A DNA stretch of 13,574 nt from Cyanophyceae cyanobacterium. GTDB lineage: Bacteria > Cyanobacteriota > Cyanobacteriia > Cyanobacteriales > JBHJGN01. The position numbers were made by a program, and so were the translations under genes. Of the stretch, positions 7,541 to 13,574 are shown one piece after another. Position 1 is the stretch's first letter. Every line of letters starts with the position of its first letter. The notes below the pieces were generated by a model, which was not told where the DNA came from, made no database searches, and was given only the letters and a program-made list of their open reading frames with translations. Location: contig JBHJGN010000091.1 of NCBI GenBank assembly GCA_050331735.1, positions 1 through 13,574 on the forward strand, given 5' to 3'.

Positions 7541-9082
7541 ATGAATCAGCAACGCTATGTCGTGGGGATAGACATCGGAACCACCAGCACCAAGACAGTG
7601 TTGTTTACGCAACAAGGCACAGTCGTTCAAGAACACTCAATTGGCTATCCGCTGCTGTCGCCAACTCCAGACGTAGCTGAACAAGATCCAGATGAAATTT
7701 TAGCTGCCGTGACGACAACGGTAAGACAGGTCATTCAAGAAAGCCAAATCAACCCTGCTTCGATTTTATGTTTATCCTTTAGTGCCGCGATGCACAGCCT
7801 CATTGCCGTTGACGCCGAGGGCAAGCCGCTGACCCGCAGCCTGACCTGGGCAGACAATCGCAGCGTTGCCTGGGCAGAAAGAATTAAGCAACAGCAGGGA
7901 CGGAAAATTTATCAGCGAACGGGCGTTCCTGTTCATCCAATGTCTCCTTTCATCAAACTGGTTTGGCTACGTCACGAACAGTCGGAACTGTTTCAGAAAG
8001 CAGCTAAGTTTGTTTCCATCAAGGAATATGTTTTCTATCAGCTTTTCGGTGAGTACGTGGTTGACTATTCAATTGCTTCGGCAAGCGGGCTGCTCAATCT
8101 CACTGAACTTACCTGGGATCGAGAAGCTCTAACAATTGCAGGCATTACTCAAAATCATTTATCAGAATTAGTGCCAACAACCTATGTTGTACAGCCACTT
8201 CCAACTGGTGCTCGCAGACTTGGAGTAGAGGCCAAAACCCCTGTCGTTATTGGCGCGAGCGACGGTGTCCTGTCTAGTGTAGGAGTTGGAGCAATTGCTC
8301 CTGGAGTGGTGGCGGTGACGGTGGGCACGAGTGGAGCGGTTCGTGCTGTTGTCGATCGCCCGCTGACTGATACTCAGGAGCGGCTATTCTGTTACGCTTT
8401 TACTAAAAACTATTGGACCGTTGGTGGGGCAGTGAACAATGGCGGCGTGGCCCTGCGCTGGGTGCGAAATCAGCTTACTGATACTGAAGTACGGGCAGCC
8501 GAACGACTCGGTAAAAACCCCTATGAATTGATCACAATGTTAGCAGAGACGGTGCCAGCCGGGTCAGAGGGACTGATTTTTCATCCCTATCTCCTCGGAG
8601 AGCGATCGCCCATCTGGAACGCCGATGCTAGAGGCTCCTATTTCGGGTTAAACATTAACCACAGTAAGGCGCATTTGGTCAGAGCGGTCCTCGAAGGCAT
8701 TGTGTATAATTTGTTTTTGGTGCTAGAAGCCCTCGAAGATGCAATCGGAGCAGCAACGAGAATACAGGCAACCGGAGGCTTTGCTCGTTCTAGTCTCTGG
8801 CGGCAGATGATGGCAGACGTCTTTAACCGCCAGGTTATTGTTCCTAAAAGCTTTCAAAGTTCAGCGCTGGGGGCAGCGGTATTAGGACTCTATGCCCTCA
8901 ACAATCTTTCCTCTTTAGAGGTTTCCTCTATGATTGGTGAAACGTATCAGCAGAAACCGATCCCCAGAAATGTCGCAATGTATCAAAAGATTTTGCCGCT
9001 ATACAAATCTCTGCTCAACAAATTTCAAACCGAGTATGAATCCATTGCTCAACTGCAAGTTGAGCTAGCGGAGGAACGCTAA
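7541..9082 (+). CDS. gntK: Gluconokinase, FGGY family (Bacillus GntK type)
   Basis: GIDIGTTSTK, SFSAAMHSLI, TWADNRS, RTGVPVHPMSP, SIKEY, GASDGVLS, GTSGAVR, FHPYLLGERSP and ATGGFARSSLWRQMMAD, as I recall for B. subtilis-type GntK. AAGGA RBS. Confidence 0.9.
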   Translation: MNQQRYVVGIDIGTTSTKTVLFTQQGTVVQEHSIGYPLLSPTPDVAEQDPDEILAAVTTTVRQVIQESQINPASILCLSFSAAMHSLIAVDAEGKPLTRSLTWADNRSVAWAERIKQQQGRKIYQRTGVPVHPMSPFIKLVWLRHEQSELFQKAAKFVSIKEYVFYQLFGEYVVDYSIASASGLLNLTELTWDREALTIAGITQNHLSELVPTTYVVQPLPTGARRLGVEAKTPVVIGASDGVLSSVGVGAIAPGVVAVTVGTSGAVRAVVDRPLTDTQERLFCYAFTKNYWTVGGAVNNGGVALRWVRNQLTDTEVRAAERLGKNPYELITMLAETVPAGSEGLIFHPYLLGERSPIWNADARGSYFGLNINHSKAHLVRAVLEGIVYNLFLVLEALEDAIGAATRIQATGGFARSSLWRQMMADVFNRQVIVPKSFQSSALGAAVLGLYALNNLSSLEVSSMIGETYQQKPIPRNVAMYQKILPLYKSLLNKFQTEYESIAQLQVELAEER

Positions 9083-9098
9083 TGACAAGACCGGAACC

Positions 9099-10373
9099 AT
9101 GAACAGAGCCTATCAGATTGTTGGCGTCGTTCTTTGCCTCACGCTGCTTCTAGGCGGCTGTGAACTGAGCGATCGCCCTGACAATAATATTACTAAAGTC
9201 ACTCTCTGGCACGGTATTAACCCTCCGGCCAATCGAGATGTCTTTAATGCGTTGGTTAGTCAGTTTAACCAAGCTCACGACAACATTGAAGTAGAAGCCC
9301 TCTATATCGGGCAACCAGATGGACAGCTTCCGAAGATTCTCGCCGCCGTTGTCAGCGACCAGCCGCCGGATTTGCTCTGGTTTGTGCCTCAGCTTACGGG
9401 TCAACTGGTAGAACTGGGAGCCATTCGTCCACTGGAAGATTGGCTGGATAACTCTGCTGTCAAGGCAGAGATCGATCCGGTCATGTTTGAGACGATGGTA
9501 CTTGATGGGCATATTTACTCCGTTCCCTTAGCAACTAATAATGCCGCAGTTTTCTATCGTCCAAGCCTGTTTGCAGCGGCAGGAATTACCGAGTTACCGC
9601 AAACCTGGGAGAAGTTCAAACAAGCAGCCCATCGACTGACTCTTGACTCAGATGGGGACGGACGCAGCGACCAATACGGACTCATTCTCTCTTTGGGCAA
9701 AGCAGAATGGACGGTGTTTGCCTGGTTGCCGTTTGTGTACAGCGCTGGCGGCGAACTTTTGCAGGGACAACAGCCAAATTTGGTGAATGCAGGAACAGTA
9801 GCGGCCCTCGAATTTGGAGCAGGGTTAGTCAAGGATGGAGTGGCCATGCTTTCTGCCCCAGAAAGAGGATACGAACTCGATAGTTTCCTCATGGGGAAAG
9901 CCGCTATGCAGGTCACAGGCCCCTGGACTTTAGGTCAGCTACAGCAGACAGAAACTGATTACGGAGTGTTTCCGATTCCGGTGCTGGACCAGCGAGCAGC
10001 CGTCGTCGGCGGAGAAAGTTTGTTCGTTTTCAACACCACCTCCGAACGAGAACAGGCGGCTCTTGCATTTTTGGAGTACGTTTTGAGTGAGGGGTTTCAA
10101 ACTGCTTGGGCGCTGCAAACCGGGTATTTACCCGTTAATATTAACTCTCAGCAGAGCGCCGAGTATCAGGCATTTGTGCAAGAGAACCCGGTATTGGATG
10201 TATTTCTAGAACAAATGAACTGGGCTAAAGCCCGTCCGATTATTCCTGGCTATTCTCGCTTGTCTGAAAACTTTGGACGAGCGATTGAAGCCTCTTTACT
10301 AGGCAAAAAAGAGCCAGCGGCAGCTTTGGCAGAGTCTCAGCAGCGTTTAGAACTGATATTTAGTGACGAGTAG
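9099..10373 (+). CDS. Carbohydrate ABC transporter substrate-binding lipoprotein (SBP family 1)
   Basis: Signal peptide with lipobox LLGGC, plus VTLWHG, IYSVPLATNNAAVFYRPSLF, ELPQTWEKF, AAMQVTGPW and QTGYLP. Confidence 0.92.
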   Translation: MNRAYQIVGVVLCLTLLLGGCELSDRPDNNITKVTLWHGINPPANRDVFNALVSQFNQAHDNIEVEALYIGQPDGQLPKILAAVVSDQPPDLLWFVPQLTGQLVELGAIRPLEDWLDNSAVKAEIDPVMFETMVLDGHIYSVPLATNNAAVFYRPSLFAAAGITELPQTWEKFKQAAHRLTLDSDGDGRSDQYGLILSLGKAEWTVFAWLPFVYSAGGELLQGQQPNLVNAGTVAALEFGAGLVKDGVAMLSAPERGYELDSFLMGKAAMQVTGPWTLGQLQQTETDYGVFPIPVLDQRAAVVGGESLFVFNTTSEREQAALAFLEYVLSEGFQTAWALQTGYLPVNINSQQSAEYQAFVQENPVLDVFLEQMNWAKARPIIPGYSRLSENFGRAIEASLLGKKEPAAALAESQQRLELIFSDE

Positions 10374-10425
10374 TGGATCAAATCATTTTATTGATTATCT
10401 TTCAGCTAGCTTACGATCATCAAAA

Positions 10426-10743
10426 CTACGGTAGTTCAGTTCTATGTAATTGCATATTTTCTGCAATTCTGGCTGTGTTTTCTGCGGTTCGGATGCCAGC
10501 GACTAAAGCTTCTAAACTGATTCTGATAAAAATTATATAAAGTAAAAAAATTAATGGAGCAACAATTAGTGAACCAACTCCTGATAAAAAACCCCGATTG
10601 AACCCACCAGTAACAACCACAAAAGCAAATAGAGCCGCAAAAAAGATCCCGACAGCATAAAGAACACCCACAACTTTAATGGCGACAAAATGAGAAAAGG
10701 AAAAATCAAAAAGGGAGCGAAAGAATCCTCTAGGTTGTGTCAT
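10426..10743 (-). CDS. DUF4282-like small membrane protein
   Basis: GFFRSLFDFSFSHFV...VLY start, two hydrophobic helices, and an RISLE...IRTAENT end. Confidence 0.8.
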   Translation of the reverse strand: MTQPRGFFRSLFDFSFSHFVAIKVVGVLYAVGIFFAALFAFVVVTGGFNRGFLSGVGSLIVAPLIFLLYIIFIRISLEALVAGIRTAENTARIAENMQLHRTELP

Positions 10744-10828
10744 GATTAATCTCTAAGCAAAAAAGCAACGCCTGCGGCGCTTATTATACTGATGGGTCTT
10801 GCTCACCAGTGGCCACTGTTAACGATAA

Positions 10829-11734
10829 ATGATAAAACTTAAATCTCTGCAACTACCACCACCACTACAGCCAGGTGATTTAGTCCGAGTAATTGCCCCG
10901 AGCGGAGCGTTGCGAGAAAGTGAAGTTATCGAACACAGCCTAGAAATATGGCGATCGCGCGGCTACCAAGTTCTCCTCGATGACTTTCCTGCTCCTTGGG
11001 GATACTTAGCCGGGGATGATTTCTATCGCCGCCAAGCGTTGGCGCAAGCATGGCAAGATCCTGAATGCAGGGTGCTTTTATGCGCTCGGGGTGGTTATGG
11101 GAGCGCCAGACTGCTAGAGGACTGGAGTCTGAATAACTGGCAAGGAGTAAATCCCAAGTGGTTAGTTGGGTTTTCGGATATTACCGGGTTGCTGTGGAGT
11201 CTGGCTCAAGCGGGGATTGCTAGTATCCACGGACCTGTTTTAACCACGTTTGCTGTTGAGCCGCAGTGGTCAATTGAGCGTCTGTTTGACTGTGTAGAAG
11301 GTCGTCCTTTGAAGACTCTGATGGGCCAAGGCTGGGGAGGAGGTCAAGCGCAAGGGTGGCTGCTTCCAGCTAACCTCACCGTTGCTACTCATTGCCTGGG
11401 TACGTCGATTGTTCCGTCCCTCGAAGGAGCGATTTTGGCTTTAGAAGACGTTCAAGAAGCTCCTTACCGCATCGATCGGTTGCTGACTCAATGGCGTCTA
11501 TCAGGAGCATTTACCGGGGTAAGAGGAATGGCCCTAGGTCGCTTTAGCCGCTGTGAGCCAGCCGTTGGCTATCCTAGCTGGAATGTGAGCGAAGTGCTGC
11601 GCGATCGCCTCGGTGACTTAAATATTCCCATCGTTTCCGAGCTGCCCTTTGGTCACGATGGAGCCAATGCGGCTCTGCGGGTCGGACAAAAGGTCATGCT
11701 AGACGCTGAAGCAGGAACTCTCAACTTCTCCTAG
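10829..11734 (+). CDS. ldcA: LD-carboxypeptidase, peptidase S66 (LdcA/MccF family)
   Basis: VIAPSG and ARGGYG, with the Ser-Glu-His triad in GFSDIT, LEDV and FGHD. Confidence 0.92.
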   Translation: MIKLKSLQLPPPLQPGDLVRVIAPSGALRESEVIEHSLEIWRSRGYQVLLDDFPAPWGYLAGDDFYRRQALAQAWQDPECRVLLCARGGYGSARLLEDWSLNNWQGVNPKWLVGFSDITGLLWSLAQAGIASIHGPVLTTFAVEPQWSIERLFDCVEGRPLKTLMGQGWGGGQAQGWLLPANLTVATHCLGTSIVPSLEGAILALEDVQEAPYRIDRLLTQWRLSGAFTGVRGMALGRFSRCEPAVGYPSWNVSEVLRDRLGDLNIPIVSELPFGHDGANAALRVGQKVMLDAEAGTLNFS

Positions 11735-11784
11735 CTTGGCTGCGCTAGACCTGTTCAAGCCAAAACTGAGCTGGCATTCAACCT

Positions 11785-12672
11785 CTAGGCGATAGAACGT
11801 CCCCTGATTGGAGACAGCATCACTTTCGCTGTGTCTTGACTCGTTTCAGAATGGGCTTGCCCTTTCATCTCCTCTACCTTGAGCAGAATGAGATATTCGT
11901 AGAAAGCTTGCAGAGTACACCAGGCAAATCCGGCGCGTCCATCTAAAATTCCGCCGAGGATAAAGTACATATACAGCCAGCGCAGGAGTGGCCGGAACGG
12001 GAGCCGTAAGGAGAGATCCTTTAGCGCTCTGCGTTTGGCCACTTCGCTCTTACCAAAGAATAAATCCCGCCAGCAGACTTTGCCAGAGTTAAGCTGACGC
12101 AGGGTCTCCGCCGCCTCGTCTGTCGAGTAGCGATTGTGCTTGTCAATCCAGCGGCTCAGTCCTTTGCCGCAGGTGTAGTGTGGGTAGGTTTCGCTCAAAA
12201 AGCCTGTGGAGCCGTTACACACTTCCCGTTCGGTATGTCCGTAGTCGGTGAACCACACCTCTCCTTTCTTCAGCAGGCGCAGTTGATAGCGGGGATACTG
12301 AGTGCTGTGGCGAATCCATTTTCCCATAAACATGACCCGTTCTGCTACGTAGTAACCAACGGCATTTCCCCTTCCAAGCGTTTGACAGCATTCCCGGAAC
12401 AGGCGAGTGGTCATGCGTTCGTCGGCTTCGAGGATGTAAGCCCACTCGTATTGAGTAGAAATGTGCTCTAACATCCAGGTGCGCTGCTTGCCGTGGCTTT
12501 CAAAAACATGCTGAATCACTCGTACCGGATACTGAGAGGCAATTTCAACGGTGCGATCGCTGCTAAACGAATCAACGACAATCACATCATCACAGCCACT
12601 CAGGAGGGCAGACTCAATGCAGGGGGCGATATCGATTTCTTCGTTGTGGGTCAGGATATAGGTAGAGAACAT
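11785..12672 (-). CDS. Glycosyltransferase family 2 (WaaE/LgtF beta-1,4-glucosyltransferase-like)
   Basis: ILTHNEE, VVDSFSSDRTVEIA, ILEADE, KHNRYSTDEA and GILDGRAG motifs. Confidence 0.93.
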   Translation of the reverse strand: MFSTYILTHNEEIDIAPCIESALLSGCDDVIVVDSFSSDRTVEIASQYPVRVIQHVFESHGKQRTWMLEHISTQYEWAYILEADERMTTRLFRECCQTLGRGNAVGYYVAERVMFMGKWIRHSTQYPRYQLRLLKKGEVWFTDYGHTEREVCNGSTGFLSETYPHYTCGKGLSRWIDKHNRYSTDEAAETLRQLNSGKVCWRDLFFGKSEVAKRRALKDLSLRLPFRPLLRWLYMYFILGGILDGRAGFAWCTLQAFYEYLILLKVEEMKGQAHSETSQDTAKVMLSPIRGRSIA

Positions 12673-13020
12673 GAATGGTTTCGGGGAGGTTAGCTCTTAT
12701 TTATCTTGACAGGTTAGGCAAAACAATTAACAGTTCAATCTCGAGAAAATAGGGGTGTTTAGTTTCCGATTTTTCGTTCTTTAACCATTTAATAGCTTTT
12801 CTTTGGCTCCTTTGTCGATTTTTTAACGAGAGCTTTACTAAACTTTTGTATTTACGAGCACAGCCTCTATGAGTGCATAGCGTTAATTTTGCCCGCTAAG
12901 CAACCGATTCGGCCAGTTTCAGCATGACAAAAAAATGAAGCTTTGATGAAGCACTGCTACTCGGTGGAGAGTGTCAACAGCCCCACAAACTGCTGTAGCC
13001 TGGCTATCCTAGAAAGAGAC

Positions 13021-13051
13021 GGAGACAAGCTAGCACTCGCTAGCTGTCTCC
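13021..13051 (-). terminator. Putative terminator or stabilising hairpin downstream of the PEP-CTERM gene
   Basis: GGAGAC-A-AGCTAGC ACTC GCTAGCT-GTCTCC forms 13 bp with one bulge. Only a weak U-rich tail (GTCTCTTTCT) follows on the minus strand. Confidence 0.55.
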
Positions 13052-13069
13052 ACAAACAACGAATTAGAA

Positions 13070-13102
13070 CTTAGGTTTGTAACTGGTCCTTACAAGCCTA
13101 AG
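13070..13102. repeat. Inverted repeat overlapping the PEP-CTERM stop codon
   Basis: CTTAGGTTTGTAA-N7-TTACAAGCCTAAG, with 12/13 Watson-Crick pairs. Confidence 0.6.
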
Positions 13103-13434
13103 CTTCTTTCTTGCCACGCTTGAGCTTAGATGCAGCACCCAACACACCTACGCCAAGGAGAGCAACCAAAGAAGTTGGTTCAGGAACAGTTCCATTAGGT
13201 GGTGTTGGTGTATCCGAAAAAGTATTGCCCTGAATGAAGACAGCAGAATCTAAAATAAAATCTCCGGCATCAGCAATTGCTAGTCTAATAGTATGAGAAC
13301 CAGGAGCTAGATTCAGAGCCTGTGCGGTGAAAACATCGGTGAAACCGTCGTACTCGATATCAAAGGGGACCGGGCTGATATCGCTGGGATCGTTATCGTT
13401 GAAGAAAGAGCTGTTAGTGCCGTTATTAACATTG
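13098..13434 (-). pseudogene. 3' part of a PEP-CTERM sorted surface protein (choice-of-anchor L-like), interrupted by the IS
   Basis: Open frame of 111 aa: NVNNGTNSSFFNDND...IEYDGFTDVFTAQ...HTIRLAIADAGDFILDSAVFIQ...VPEPTSLVALLGVGVLGAASKLKRGKKEA*. It has VPEP, a TM helix and a basic tail. An in-frame TAG lies inside the IS end (13440-13442) and there is no ATG. Confidence 0.9.
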
Positions 13435-13574
13435 ATGAACTACCCCTGCTTACTTCGTTGAAGCAGGGGTTTCTAGCTTCGCAGGAAATTGCCTTGTCTT
13501 AGTCTTGCGACCGCGAGTTGGTCTGACATTTCCTCCACTAGCAGAGACGGGTGTTCCCTCCGTCTTTAGTAGTC
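13435..13574 (-). mobile_element. Right end of IS200/IS605-family tnpB element, truncated by the window edge
   Basis: Perfect 10-bp hairpin ACCCCTGCTT-N9-AAGCAGGGGT (13442-13470). The minus strand ends ...GGGGTAGTTCAT. The hairpin is homologous to the one at 91-121. Confidence 0.88.
13450..13572 (-). CDS. tnpB: TnpB C-terminal tail, partial
   Basis: LLKTEGTPVSASGGNVRPTRGRKTKTRQFPAKLETPASTK* resembles the basic post-RuvC tails of cyanobacterial TnpB. The stop lies inside the right-end hairpin. No catalytic residues are visible. Confidence 0.75.
   Translation of the reverse strand, partial: LLKTEGTPVSASGGNVRPTRGRKTKTRQFPAKLETPASTK

Larger units (their letters stand above)
363..12560. repeat. 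Dispersed HIP1 octamers GCGATCGC (17 copies by manual count)
   Basis: Copies start at 363, 396, 576, 1754, 1847, 3026, 3819, 4351, 5343, 5816, 6590, 7312, 8602, 9169, 10951, 11601 and 12553. About 0.2 would be expected by chance at ~50% GC. HIP1 is a cyanobacterial hallmark. Confidence 0.95.
13415..13574 (-). ncRNA. Predicted omegaRNA/reRNA (3' scaffold plus flank-derived guide)
   Basis: Inferred from position. TnpB guide RNAs overlap the tnpB 3' end and right end, then read ~16-20 nt into the flank (here CAATGTTAATAACGGCACTA). The 5' end is unknown. Confidence 0.55.

Noticed and set aside
10426..10743. AT-rich DUF4282-like gene as a foreign island
   Set aside because: It is short, partly explained by Phe/Ile-rich membrane composition, and has no mobility signatures.
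10829..11734. MccF microcin-immunity or bacteriocin cluster
   Set aside because: There are no microcin biosynthesis genes nearby. A peptidoglycan-recycling LdcA is the simpler reading.
704..12693. Alternative-frame and antisense ORFs in the track (e.g. 704-976, 1666-1875, 2347-2763, 3109-3504, 5593-5964, 6868-7287, 9150-9916, 12136-12693)
   Set aside because: They overlap well-supported genes and show no recognisable motifs, so they are treated as shadow ORFs.
13435..13574. IStron (group I intron-IS hybrid), since the element is in the sense orientation within a gene
   Set aside because: The element ends in TTCAT rather than a terminal G. The homologous left end has only ~90 nt before tnpB, leaving no room for a ribozyme core.
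1..13574. CRISPR array, tRNA/rRNA, or a defence system built around recQ
   Set aside because: No repeat-spacer periodicity or structural RNA gene was seen. RecQ has the ordinary housekeeping architecture and no defence-type neighbours.

Overview
Cyanobacterial chromosomal segment, judged from 17 perfect HIP1 octamers (GCGATCGC) and the gene content. Both edges are ends of a tnpB-carrying IS200/IS605 (IS1341-like) element on the minus strand. Bases 1-136 hold a left end and the first 15 codons of tnpB. Bases 13435-13574 hold the tnpB C-terminal tail and a right end (predicted omegaRNA) inserted inside a PEP-CTERM surface-protein gene that the ORF track missed. Between them lie a ~149-bp MITE-like element with a TTA duplication and mostly ordinary genes. 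On the minus strand: NarL-type response regulator, recQ, Cys-rich membrane protein, cupin, tyrA. On the plus strand: SAM methyltransferase, AI-2E transporter, FGGY gluconokinase gntK, sugar-binding ABC lipoprotein. These are followed by a DUF4282-like protein, an S66 LD-carboxypeptidase and a GT2 glycosyltransferase. I see no clearly new multi-gene system. The most interesting items are the TnpB element, whose TAM, cut sites and guide can be predicted from sequence, its apparently leaderless promoter, the interrupted PEP-CTERM gene, and the gntK-SBP pair. Family calls come from motif recognition, not database searches.
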